64,000 nt of DNA from a bacterium (GTDB lineage: Bacteria; Patescibacteriota; Dojkabacteria; JAKAPS01; JAJZLI01), in contig JAKAWT010000001.1 in assembly GCA_021816845.1 (NCBI GenBank), positions 408,209 through 472,208 of the forward strand, given 5' to 3'. The notes below the pieces were generated by a model. The model was not told the origin of the DNA. It ran no database searches and saw nothing but the letters and a program-made list of their open reading frames with translations. Every line of letters begins with the position of its first letter. The first letter of the stretch is position 1. Of this stretch, positions 35,435 to 45,213 are shown one piece after another. Position numbers and translations under genes: made by a program.

Positions 35435-37582
35435 ATGTCTAAAAAATTAATAATTGTTGAATCTCCAACAAAAGCGAAAACAATATCTAAATTTCTTTCA
35501 AAAGATTATTCTATAATTGCTACTAAAGGGCATGTAGAAGATCTTCCAAAGAGCAAATTTGGTATACAAGTAGAAGATAATTTCAAACCTGATTATGTGA
35601 TCCTTAAAGACAAGAGTAATTTGTTGAAGGAAATAAAGAAGGAAGCAAAAGTTGCAGATACTATATATATAGCAACAGATCCTGATCGAGAAGGGGAAGC
35701 CATAGGATGGCATGTATTGAACTCACTAGCACTGAAAAATCCTACTTTAGTAAAAAGAATTGCATTCCACGAGATAACACAAAGTGCTCTAGAAAATGCT
35801 ATTCACAATCCTACAGTACTAAATATGAATCTTGTAGATGCTCAGCAGGCACGCAGAGTTCTCGATAGAATTGTGGGCTATAAATTATCTCCTCTTCTAT
35901 GGTCAAAGATAAGATATGGACTTTCAGCAGGAAGGGTTCAATCAGTAGCCTTGAAAATTATTGTTGATAGAGAAGAAGAAAGAAATAACTTTGTATCACA
36001 GGAGTACTGGAATATAGTAGGAGTTTTCTTGATTAATAATATAGAGTATGACTTTGATCTTGTAAAGATTAATAAAAATAATTTTGAGATCAAAAGTAAA
36101 GAAGAGTCTGATAATATTAGTAAGGATATAAAATCTGGTAATGCAGAAATTGATTCTATACAAAAAACAGAAACAAAAAAATATCCAATACCTCCATATA
36201 CTACATCTACTCTACAACAAGATGCTAATAGAAGACTTGGTTTCTCTTCAAAGAAAACCATGTCTATAGCTCAAAAATTATATGAAGGGGTATCATTAGG
36301 TGCTGATAATGTTGGACTTATTACATATATGAGAACCGATTCAGTATCTATGGCTGAGGTAGCAGTAGACAATATTAGAGGGTATATCAATAAAAATTAT
36401 GATAAAGCTTATCTTCCAGATAGGAAAAATATATATAAAACAAAAAGCAAGCTTGCTCAAGAGGCACATGAAGCTATAAGGCCAGCTTATATAGATAAGA
36501 CTCCCGAATCAATACAAAAGTATGTTGATAAAGATTTTTACAGATTATATAAGTTAATTTGGGAAAGAGCTTTGTCTAGTCAAATGACTCCTGCATTATA
36601 TGAAAATAAAAAAGTATTAATTGTTGTTCAAGGTAAGGAAAATAATTATACCTTTGCCCTAAATATTTCACACAATGTTTTTAAAGGGTATCAGATTTTC
36701 AATAAGAAAGAAGAGAATAAAGATTTACAAGATCAAGAATTCAATATTGATGATAAAAAAGACATAAAGAGTCTTGAAATGAAAAAAACCAATGCTGATC
36801 AGCATTTTACTGAACCTCCTCCAAGATATAATGATGCATCATTGGTTAAAATATTAGAATCCTGCGGTGTAGGAAGACCTTCTACATATTCTTCTATAAT
36901 ATCAACTTTAATTTCTAGGGGGTATATTGATAGGAAAGAAAAGTATTTTATACCTACTGATGTAGGTATAGTTGTAAGTAATTTTTTATCAAAATATTTT
37001 ACTGATATAGTAGACACTAATTTTACTTCTGATATAGAAGATAAGCTTGATGATATAGCAAATGGTAAATCAAAATGGACTAAAGTAGTGTCAGATTTTT
37101 ATATACCATTTAACAAGAAAATAGAAAGCAGTCAAGATGTTATAGAAAAAAAAGATGTTACCAATCTTGGAGAATCTACAGAATTATGTCCAGAATGTGG
37201 TTCACCAATGTATATTAAGTTAGGTAAGTATGGTAAATTTCTAAGCTGTAGTAGATTCCCTGAGTGTAAGGGTATGAGATCTTTAGATACTGAAAAAGAA
37301 GAGAAATTGATAGGAGAGAATTGTCCTCAGTGTGGGGCAGAGTTAGTTATTAAGAAAGGTAGATTTGGAAATTTTATTGCATGTAGTAATTATCCAACTT
37401 GTAAATATACTAAATCTTTAAATGAGAATAAGAAAAAGGTCCTTGATATTAAATGTCCAGATTGTGAAACTGGAAATATAGTGGAACTTAAAAATAGGAG
37501 AGGTAAAACATTTTATGGCTGTTCAAACTATCCTAAATGTAAATTCATAGCAAATAAACTTGAAGATATAGAGAAAAAATGA
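35435..37582 (+). CDS. topA: DNA topoisomerase I
   Basis: Toprim domain (LIIVESPTKAKTI..., DPDREGE), type IA core, and three C-terminal CxxC...CxxC zinc ribbons. Confidence 0.9.
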   Translation: MSKKLIIVESPTKAKTISKFLSKDYSIIATKGHVEDLPKSKFGIQVEDNFKPDYVILKDKSNLLKEIKKEAKVADTIYIATDPDREGEAIGWHVLNSLALKNPTLVKRIAFHEITQSALENAIHNPTVLNMNLVDAQQARRVLDRIVGYKLSPLLWSKIRYGLSAGRVQSVALKIIVDREEERNNFVSQEYWNIVGVFLINNIEYDFDLVKINKNNFEIKSKEESDNISKDIKSGNAEIDSIQKTETKKYPIPPYTTSTLQQDANRRLGFSSKKTMSIAQKLYEGVSLGADNVGLITYMRTDSVSMAEVAVDNIRGYINKNYDKAYLPDRKNIYKTKSKLAQEAHEAIRPAYIDKTPESIQKYVDKDFYRLYKLIWERALSSQMTPALYENKKVLIVVQGKENNYTFALNISHNVFKGYQIFNKKEENKDLQDQEFNIDDKKDIKSLEMKKTNADQHFTEPPPRYNDASLVKILESCGVGRPSTYSSIISTLISRGYIDRKEKYFIPTDVGIVVSNFLSKYFTDIVDTNFTSDIEDKLDDIANGKSKWTKVVSDFYIPFNKKIESSQDVIEKKDVTNLGESTELCPECGSPMYIKLGKYGKFLSCSRFPECKGMRSLDTEKEEKLIGENCPQCGAELVIKKGRFGNFIACSNYPTCKYTKSLNENKKKVLDIKCPDCETGNIVELKNRRGKTFYGCSNYPKCKFIANKLEDIEKK

Positions 37583-37715
37583 AGATTTTATAGACTATTT
37601 TCTATATAAAAATCATTATGCTATAATAATGACTATTAAATTAAGCATACTCAAATTTAAATTCCTTCCCTTAAATATAAGGGCAGATGTTGAGTAGAAG
37701 TATAAAGGAGTTATT

Positions 37716-38378
37716 ATGAAAAAATTAACAGTTAAAGAATTAATGTCTTCTGGTGTTCATTTTGGACATCAAGTAAAAAGATGGAATCCTAAAATGGCAC
37801 CATATATTTACACAGTTTCAAATGGTTCTCATATTATTGATCTTGATAAAACATTAATAATGCTTGATGAGGCTGTTGCTTTCTTAAAGAAAAAAAAAGA
37901 AACTGGGAAGATTTTGTTTGTAGGCACTAAAGAACAAATACAAGATATAGTAGCTGAAAAAGCTCAAATATCTGGAGATTATTATATTAATAAAAGATGG
38001 CCAGGGGGGTTACTTACTAATTTTAAGACTGTGAGTTTAAGTCTTAAAAAAATGGATGAATATGAAAAGATTCTCACAGAGGGTGATACAGATAGAACTA
38101 AGTTGGAATTAATGTTAATAGCTAAAGAAAAAGCAAAGTTAGATTTATTGTATCAGGGTATAAGAGGATTTAATGGTAAACCAGCAGCACTTTTTGTTAT
38201 AGATGTTAAACACGAAATAGTTGCTATGAAAGAAGCCATGAAATTATCCATACCTGTTGTAGCATTAGTTGATACTAATGCTGATCCTACTATAGTAGAT
38301 TATCCTATTCCTGGAAATGATGATGCTATAAAATCTGTAGATATTATATTAGATTACATTGTAGAAAATATAAAATAA
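37716..38378 (+). CDS. rpsB: 30S ribosomal protein S2
   Basis: ELMSSGVHFGHQVKRWNPKMAPYIY... A Shine-Dalgarno AAAGGAG lies 8 nt upstream. Confidence 0.9.
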   Translation: MKKLTVKELMSSGVHFGHQVKRWNPKMAPYIYTVSNGSHIIDLDKTLIMLDEAVAFLKKKKETGKILFVGTKEQIQDIVAEKAQISGDYYINKRWPGGLLTNFKTVSLSLKKMDEYEKILTEGDTDRTKLELMLIAKEKAKLDLLYQGIRGFNGKPAALFVIDVKHEIVAMKEAMKLSIPVVALVDTNADPTIVDYPIPGNDDAIKSVDIILDYIVENIK

Positions 38379-38381
38379 AGT

Positions 38382-38987
38382 ATGAAGGTTGATCTAGAAA
38401 GTATAAAACAATTGAGGAATATGACTGGTGCTGGTATGGTTGACTGTAGTAAAGCTTTAGAAGAATCTGACGGAGATATAGAAAAGGCTGTAGATTTGCT
38501 TAGAAAAAAAGGTATTCTAAAAGCTGGATCTAAAAGTGATAGAACTACCCATGAAGGATTAATTGAATCATATATACATCAAAATGGAAGGTTAGGTGCA
38601 TTAGTTGAGATTAATTGTGAGACAGATTTTGTTGCAAGGACTGAAGTTTTTAAAGATCTTGCACATACCCTGGCAGTCCAAGTAGCAAGTATGAATCCAT
38701 TATATGTATCTATAGAAGATGTACCTACAAATGTAAAAGAAAAAGAAGTGGAGATTATAAAATCAGATAAAGCTTTCAAATCAAAACCTGAAAAAGTAAG
38801 AGACAGTATTCTGGAAGGAAGATTATCTAAATATTATGTACAAGTTTGTTTACTTGAGCAACCTTATTATAAGGATGAGAAGATCAAAATAGCTGATCTT
38901 ATAAATAATGCAATATCAAAAACAGGTGAAAATATTAAAGTAAAAAGATTCACTAGATTAGAGATAGGGGAAGAGTATGGATATTAA
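38382..38987 (+). CDS. tsf: Elongation factor Ts
   Basis: UBA-like N-terminus IKQLRNMTGAGMVDCSKALEESDGDIEKAVDLLRKKG; immediately follows rpsB. Confidence 0.9.
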   Translation: MKVDLESIKQLRNMTGAGMVDCSKALEESDGDIEKAVDLLRKKGILKAGSKSDRTTHEGLIESYIHQNGRLGALVEINCETDFVARTEVFKDLAHTLAVQVASMNPLYVSIEDVPTNVKEKEVEIIKSDKAFKSKPEKVRDSILEGRLSKYYVQVCLLEQPYYKDEKIKIADLINNAISKTGENIKVKRFTRLEIGEEYGY

Positions 38988-39525
38988 CGAGATAAGATCA
39001 AAGATGAATAAGAGTATTGATTTTCTGATATCGGAGTTAAAAAAATTAAGAACAAGTAAAGCAAGTGCATCTTTAGTCGAAGATATTAGGGTAAATGTAT
39101 ATGAATCTCATATGCCTATCTCTCAACTTGCAACAATTATAATACCAGAATCTAATGTAATTTTAATCCAACCATGGGATAAGAATAATGTATCTGCTAT
39201 TAAGGATGCCATTTTAAATATTAATATTGGTATCACACCAATAGAAAATGATGATAGTGTGAGATTAGTTTTACCTCCGTTATCTGAAGAAAGGAGAAAT
39301 GATTTTGTCAAAATATTAAATAATAAAGTTGAATCAGCGAAAGTATCATTAAGGAGTATAAGGAAAGAATATATTGACGGTTTAAAAAAAGATAAGGAAG
39401 AGAATAATATAAGTGAAGATGAATATAATAGAGATGTGGAACATGTAGATAGCCTGATTAAAGAGATGAATATTGAGATAGAGAAAATATTTGAAGATAA
39501 AAAGAAAGATTTACTAGAGATTTGA
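38977..39525 (+). CDS. frr: Ribosome recycling factor
   Basis: 182-aa RRF-like protein directly after tsf; no pyrH lies between them. Confidence 0.8.
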   Translation: MDINEIRSKMNKSIDFLISELKKLRTSKASASLVEDIRVNVYESHMPISQLATIIIPESNVILIQPWDKNNVSAIKDAILNINIGITPIENDDSVRLVLPPLSEERRNDFVKILNNKVESAKVSLRSIRKEYIDGLKKDKEENNISEDEYNRDVEHVDSLIKEMNIEIEKIFEDKKKDLLEI

Positions 39526-39529
39526 TTCT

Positions 39530-40684
39530 ATGGTTACAGGTATAATTACTTTTTTCATATTTATAATACTTTTAAGTGTCCTAGTTATTATACATGAATG
39601 GGGGCATATGTTTGTTGCTAGAAAAAGAGGTGTGGTTGTTAAAACATTTGCTGTTGGGTTTGGTAAAAAAATATATTCTAGAAAAAAGAATGGTATAGAA
39701 TATAAAATAAATCTTTTACCTTTTGGAGGATATGTTAGTTTACTTGGTGATGATGATTTTAATAGTACAGAAGAAGGATCTTTACCTGTTGCATCAGCAT
39801 TATCCAAATTTCTAATTACTGTTGCTGGAGCATTTATGAATTTTTTACTTGCACTGGTTTTTCTTTTTATATTTCTCATTGTTGTTAATTTTAAATTTTA
39901 TTATTCCAATATTATTCCTAATTTTAATTTTGCTTTTGGAACCAATATTAATAATGTAATATTCTCTGCAGTGCCTAAAGATACTACATCCTCAGCTTTG
40001 AAAGATAAACTGACCAGTAATTATATGCTACTTTCTATTGATGGTGAAAAAATAAATAATGCTATTCAAGTTGAGAAGATAGTTGATCATAATAAAGGGA
40101 GATTGCTAACATTTAGATATCAAGTTGTAAAATCCCTAAATTTATTTGGTGTACAACTAGGTGGTGTTCAGGAAAAGACTTTAATAGACAGAAAGATATA
40201 TCCTAAATTCTCAGGGCCTGTAGGAATATCTCTTCTCCAAATATCTCATATAGAGTTTCCAACCACAATTTCTAAAATTTCTTCAATTGTGACATTTCCG
40301 TACGATTTGATGCAATTAACTTTTACTGGATTAGGGTATCTTATACACCAAGCAGTTATACACAACAACAGCTCTATAATAACAACACAAGTTGCAGGAC
40401 CTGTAGGTATTTATATGTATACAAACATTTTATTCCAAAGTGATGGGGTAGCTGGACTACTATTTATATTTGGTATTATTTCTCTTTCACTATCAATAAT
40501 GAATTTATTACCAATACCTCCTCTTGATGGATTCTACGTTTTACTTGCGATACTAGAAGGTATTTTCAAATTTAAACCAAATGCTAAATTTCTATATTAT
40601 GTATCTGTTATAGGTATAACATTTTTTATTATTCTTATGGTATTAGTTACATTAAATGATTTAGTGAATTTTAAAATCATCTAA
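39530..40684 (+). CDS. rseP: RIP metalloprotease RseP-like (M50 site-2 protease with PDZ-like insert)
   Basis: HEWGHMFVARKRG (HExxH) in TM1, central extracytoplasmic domain, C-terminal LLPIPPLDGF (LDG motif). Confidence 0.8.
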   Translation: MVTGIITFFIFIILLSVLVIIHEWGHMFVARKRGVVVKTFAVGFGKKIYSRKKNGIEYKINLLPFGGYVSLLGDDDFNSTEEGSLPVASALSKFLITVAGAFMNFLLALVFLFIFLIVVNFKFYYSNIIPNFNFAFGTNINNVIFSAVPKDTTSSALKDKLTSNYMLLSIDGEKINNAIQVEKIVDHNKGRLLTFRYQVVKSLNLFGVQLGGVQEKTLIDRKIYPKFSGPVGISLLQISHIEFPTTISKISSIVTFPYDLMQLTFTGLGYLIHQAVIHNNSSIITTQVAGPVGIYMYTNILFQSDGVAGLLFIFGIISLSLSIMNLLPIPPLDGFYVLLAILEGIFKFKPNAKFLYYVSVIGITFFIILMVLVTLNDLVNFKII

Positions 40685-40779
40685 AATGTTGTAACCCCTA
40701 TTGAAGATAGTTTTTGTCTGTGGTTCTCTTTTATGGTATACTTTATCAGTGTGATTCTTTTTGGTACTGAATAATTATT

Positions 40780-41109
40780 ATGCATGATGATTGTGTCTTT
40801 TGTAAAATTGTCAATAAAAAAATTGATGCAGAAGTATTATATGAAGATAAAGAGTATATAGTATTTTCTGATATTCATCCTTCTGCAGAAATTCATAAGT
40901 TAATAGTTCCAAAAGAACATGTAGTAAATTTAAAAGATGTTAGGGAAGATTTATGGGGGAAGTCTTCTTTAGTTATACAAAAAATTGTTAAGGATTTGGG
41001 GTTGGATAATTTTAAAATAGTAGTCAATAATGGTGATAAACTACAAATGGTCAAACATTTACACTTACATCTTGTAAGTGGAAAGAATATAAATGATAAA
41101 GTAAATTAG
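40780..41109 (+). CDS. HIT family (histidine triad) hydrolase
   Basis: C-terminal histidine triad HLHLHLV. N-terminal CVFCKI nucleotide-binding motif. Confidence 0.8.
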   Translation: MHDDCVFCKIVNKKIDAEVLYEDKEYIVFSDIHPSAEIHKLIVPKEHVVNLKDVREDLWGKSSLVIQKIVKDLGLDNFKIVVNNGDKLQMVKHLHLHLVSGKNINDKVN

Positions 41110-41122
41110 GAGGTGAATTTTT

Positions 41123-41350
41123 ATGGCAATAATAGTAAGAGATAATGAGGTTTTTGAATCCGCATGGAAGAGGTTTATGCGCGAAATTATAAGTAATGGC
41201 GTTATAGAGGAAGTAAAGGATAGGTCTTATTACAAGAAACCATCAGTTGAAAAGTCTGCTCTGAGAAGAGAATTTAAAAAAAGAAAAACAAGACATCATA
41301 GAGCCATGAGAAAGGTTAGAAGTAAATATGGGAAAGGTTTTTCTATGTAA
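41123..41350 (+). CDS. rpsU: 30S ribosomal protein S21
   Basis: Small basic protein with S21-like blocks (E.ALRRFKR...KK...HRAMRK); AGGAGG Shine-Dalgarno upstream. Confidence 0.8.
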   Translation: MAIIVRDNEVFESAWKRFMREIISNGVIEEVKDRSYYKKPSVEKSALRREFKKRKTRHHRAMRKVRSKYGKGFSM

Positions 41351-41371
41351 ATAAAAATATATTTATATACC

Positions 41372-41809
41372 ATGTATCAAAAATTACAAGATGATATGAA
41401 AATTTACATGAAGAATAAAGACAGTTTTAAGCTGTCTGTTGTTCGTTTATTGCTTTCAGATATTAAAAATGAGACTATTTTAAAACATGTGGATGTTCCT
41501 TCTGATGATCTTGTATTTCAAGTAATAGCAAAAAATATAAAACAGCGAGAAGAGAGTATTAAAATATATAAAGATATTAATAATGTAGATTTAGCAGAGA
41601 GTGAAGAGAAAGAACTTATCTTCCTTAATGAATTTATGCCTCAACAATTATCAGATAAAGAGTTGGAAGATATAGTAAAATTGGAAATTGGAAAAATTAA
41701 TGATTTTAAAATGCAAGATATGGGTAAGGTGATTAGTCAAATTTCTAAAGACTTTCCAAATAGAGTTGATGGTAGAAGAATAAGTGATGTTGTTAGAAAA
41801 TTTTTATGA
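41372..41809 (+). CDS. yqeY: GatB/YqeY domain protein
   Basis: N-terminus MYQKLQDDMKIYMKNKDSFKLSVVRLLLSDIKN typical of YqeY; lies between rpsU and ybeY as in many Firmicutes-like operons. Confidence 0.65.
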   Translation: MYQKLQDDMKIYMKNKDSFKLSVVRLLLSDIKNETILKHVDVPSDDLVFQVIAKNIKQREESIKIYKDINNVDLAESEEKELIFLNEFMPQQLSDKELEDIVKLEIGKINDFKMQDMGKVISQISKDFPNRVDGRRISDVVRKFL

Positions 41810-42192
41810 ATGTGATTTTTAAAAAAAATCATTTTACAAGATTATATAACCATATAATAAATGATTTGAATCTAGAAAAAAAAGAATTTAGTGTAGAATT
41901 CGTTTCTGTAGAAGAGATAAAATATTTGAATAGAAAATATAGAGGAATAGATAGTAAGACTGATGTTATATCTTTAGAATACAATGATCCGGTATTTTTA
42001 GGAGAAATATATATTTCTTCTGATGTAGTTTTAGAGAACTCGACAATATATGGGTGTACCTTTGCGGAGGAAATGGATAGAACTTTTATCCATGCTGTGC
42101 TACATCTTCTTGGTTATGATCACAAGGATAGTTTAAATAAAAATGAGAAAATGTTTATAATACAAGAAAATATATTAAATAGATTTAAATAA
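41806..42192 (+). CDS. ybeY: rRNA maturation endoribonuclease YbeY
   Basis: Metal-binding motif HAVLHLLGYDH (HxxxHxxxxxH). Confidence 0.85.
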   Translation: MNVIFKKNHFTRLYNHIINDLNLEKKEFSVEFVSVEEIKYLNRKYRGIDSKTDVISLEYNDPVFLGEIYISSDVVLENSTIYGCTFAEEMDRTFIHAVLHLLGYDHKDSLNKNEKMFIIQENILNRFK

Positions 42193-42193
42193 G

Positions 42194-42748
42194 GTGAAAT
42201 ATTTAATAGTAGGATTGGGTAATCCAGGAGAAGAATATATGAATAATAGGCATAACGTCGGATTTATTCTGTTGGACTATATTGTGAACTCTATTAATCT
42301 AAAATCTCAAGAATCTAGTCTACAATGGGAATACTCAAAAAAGTTTAATGGTGAGTACATAAAATATAAAGATAATATTTTTTTAAAACCTTTTACATTT
42401 ATGAATGATTCAGGTGAAAGCATTTCTAATACAGTATCTTTTTATAACATAGATAGTTCTTCATTAATTGTTATATATGATGACTTAGATATACAATTTG
42501 GTCAATATAAAGTTACAAAAAAAACTCCAAAAGGACATAATGGAATACTATCTGTTGTAGATAAAATCAAACAAAAAGAATTTTTAAACATAAGAATAGG
42601 TATTAATAATAGGAATGGTCAAGGTGAGACTGGTAATCCAGGAAAAGAATATGTATTATCAGATTTTTCTAAAGAGGAATTGTCTATCCTAGAAGATAAA
42701 GTTTTCACTGGAATATTAAAAGAATTAAAAATAATGATTAATGTTTGA
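42194..42748 (+). CDS. pth: Peptidyl-tRNA hydrolase
   Basis: N-terminus YLIVGLGNPGEEYMNNRHNVGF, the Pth signature. Confidence 0.85.
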   Translation: MKYLIVGLGNPGEEYMNNRHNVGFILLDYIVNSINLKSQESSLQWEYSKKFNGEYIKYKDNIFLKPFTFMNDSGESISNTVSFYNIDSSSLIVIYDDLDIQFGQYKVTKKTPKGHNGILSVVDKIKQKEFLNIRIGINNRNGQGETGNPGKEYVLSDFSKEELSILEDKVFTGILKELKIMINV

Positions 42749-45158
42749 TAGCGATAATCTAGATATTATAAAATCAGTTTTTAAAAGTGATCCCAATTTT
42801 ATAAATCTTCTTAGTAGTATTAATAATACTGGAAATTCTGTTATAAATGTGAGTGGGATAGACCCTAATATTGTTGATATTTTTGTAAAATTGGTTGATT
42901 CTTGTATACCTGAAATGTCTTTCATGTATACTTCTATGTATCATAGTGCTAGCAATCCTTCATATTTTAAGATAGATTTTGATCTAAAATATAACGATGT
43001 TATTAATATACTTGAATCTTTAAATGATTTTGAGAAGGTTCCAATCATAGATAATGAAAGACAATATACTATAGCGGGGGATAGAATAGATATATATTTA
43101 TCCGGAGAATCCATGTTTAGAATAAGTTTTTTTGGTGATGATATAGATGAAATATCATCAAGAGATTATTTAACATTTAGAGTGCTATATAAGGTAGATA
43201 AAATATATATACCAAAAAATAAGGGTACATACCTATCTAGTAATAAAGATATTATTTCAGGAAATATAGTAAATTTCAATAATTATAGCAATATTAGTAA
43301 TAAAGATAGTTGCATAATATTTGATTATATAAATATTCCTAGAGTTGCCATATCTAATTCTAATTTTAGACTGATAATTCCAAGTAGTATTAATAATTTC
43401 ATTATAAATTCTAAAAATCCTGTACCTGATTTTATGGAGAATGAAAAGATAGTTTTTTCTAGTATAGAATTCCCATCTGGATTTATGTCTGAAAAAGCTA
43501 AATTTGCAGTATTGACAGACAGAGAACTTTATGGAGAATTCAATCTAAATCTATATAGAGTTAAGAAGAGTAAAAGGATTGTTACTGATTTTTTAGATGG
43601 TAAGATATATGAAGGTGATTATATAGTACATATAAATCATGGGATAGGAATCTATAGAGGTACTATAGTGAGGAAAACTGATAGCGGTGATAAGGAATAT
43701 ATAGAAGTTGAATATGCACAAGGAGACAAACTTTTTATTCCTCTTGAAATATCAGAAAGGATTACAAAGTATATATCTGATAGTGATAAAAAACCTAAGC
43801 TTACAAGACTGGGCACACTAGAATGGAAGCATTTGAGAGAGAGGGTAGAAAAAGACATTGAAATGATTGCTATGGATATTATTATGACTCATGCTCAGAG
43901 GATGATTGCTAAAAAAGTAATACCCGATATATCTAAAACTAATACTTGGGAGTCTGAATTTGAATCTCAATTTGAACATATTGAGACGAAAGATCAATTA
44001 TCTGCAATTATTGATGTACGCAATGATATATATTCAAATAAGGTAATGGATAGACTGATTGTTGGAGATGTAGGTTTCGGAAAGACTGAAATAGCAGCAC
44101 GTGCAAGTTTTATTGTAACATTCAATGGAAAACAAGTAATTATTCTTGTACCTACAACTATATTGGCTGATCAACACTATAATGTATTTTTAAATAGATT
44201 CAAAAAATTCCCAATTAATATCAAAAAGATAACTAGGCATACCACATCAAGGGATTTAAAAAGTATTTATGATGGTATATCGAATGGAAGTATAGATATA
44301 CTCATTGGGACGCATAAAGTTTTTTCTAATAAGATAAAATTTAAAGATTTAGGACTAATTATTGTGGATGAAGAGCAGAGATTCGGAGTTAAACAAAAGG
44401 AAAAGTTAAAACAGATAAAGAGTGATGTTGATTATCTTGCAATGAGCGCTACTCCTATTCCTCGTACATTGTATTCTGCATTTTCAGGTATTAGAGACAT
44501 TAGTATTATAGCTACTGCACCTTTGGGTAGGAAATCTATAACAACTAATATTATAGATTTTAACATTCTAAGGTTTAAAGAAATAATTGAAGATGAAATA
44601 AAAAGGTCTGGACAGGTGTTTTTTCTACATAATAATATTTCAACATTAAATAATATCAAATCATTACTTCAAGATATTTTACCTAATGTGACAATGAAAG
44701 TAGGGTATGGAGGGATGAAAGGACTTAGTGATGTGATCGAAGATTTTAAATCAAAAAAATTTAATGTTTTCATCTCAACTTCAATAATTGAAAATGGCAT
44801 TGATTTTCCTAATGTGAACACCATTATTATAAATCAGTCATTTAAATTTGGGTTATCTCAATTATATCAATTTAGAGGAAGAGTTGGGAGGAGTGATATT
44901 CCCGCATTTTGTTATCTTGTATGTCCAAAATCTATATTTAAAAATAATAATAAAATAGCTATGAGATTAAATGCACTTGTACAAAATCAACACGTAGGAA
45001 GTGGTTTTAATATTTCAGTAAAAGACTTGGAAATCAGGGGAGCAGGAAATCTATTAGGTATAAAACAACATGGAAATATTAATAAAATAGGATTTGATTT
45101 ATATTCCCAACTTGTTCAAAAATCTGTTGAGGAATTAAAAAAAGAAATAGTTGTATAA
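42741..45158 (+). CDS. mfd: Transcription-repair coupling factor Mfd, shortened (805 aa)
   Basis: CarD/RNAP-interacting domain (GDYIVHINHGIGIYRG) followed by SF2 translocase motifs (GDVGFGKTEIA; IIVDEEQRFG; helicase C). Lacks most of the UvrB-homology N-terminal module and the C-terminal D7 compared with E. coli Mfd (1148 aa). Confidence 0.8.
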   Translation: MFDSDNLDIIKSVFKSDPNFINLLSSINNTGNSVINVSGIDPNIVDIFVKLVDSCIPEMSFMYTSMYHSASNPSYFKIDFDLKYNDVINILESLNDFEKVPIIDNERQYTIAGDRIDIYLSGESMFRISFFGDDIDEISSRDYLTFRVLYKVDKIYIPKNKGTYLSSNKDIISGNIVNFNNYSNISNKDSCIIFDYINIPRVAISNSNFRLIIPSSINNFIINSKNPVPDFMENEKIVFSSIEFPSGFMSEKAKFAVLTDRELYGEFNLNLYRVKKSKRIVTDFLDGKIYEGDYIVHINHGIGIYRGTIVRKTDSGDKEYIEVEYAQGDKLFIPLEISERITKYISDSDKKPKLTRLGTLEWKHLRERVEKDIEMIAMDIIMTHAQRMIAKKVIPDISKTNTWESEFESQFEHIETKDQLSAIIDVRNDIYSNKVMDRLIVGDVGFGKTEIAARASFIVTFNGKQVIILVPTTILADQHYNVFLNRFKKFPINIKKITRHTTSRDLKSIYDGISNGSIDILIGTHKVFSNKIKFKDLGLIIVDEEQRFGVKQKEKLKQIKSDVDYLAMSATPIPRTLYSAFSGIRDISIIATAPLGRKSITTNIIDFNILRFKEIIEDEIKRSGQVFFLHNNISTLNNIKSLLQDILPNVTMKVGYGGMKGLSDVIEDFKSKKFNVFISTSIIENGIDFPNVNTIIINQSFKFGLSQLYQFRGRVGRSDIPAFCYLVCPKSIFKNNNKIAMRLNALVQNQHVGSGFNISVKDLEIRGAGNLLGIKQHGNINKIGFDLYSQLVQKSVEELKKEIVV

Positions 45159-45213
45159 ATTTTAGAGTATGATGAATTAAAATCTAAGATAATGAATAGC
45201 CCTGTAATTTATT

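Noticed and set aside
45159-45213. T-box leader upstream of trpS (and other aaRS genes)
   Set aside because: The intergenic regions upstream of trpS, hisS and cysS are under 60 bp or overlapping, too short for a T-box riboswitch of about 200 nt.
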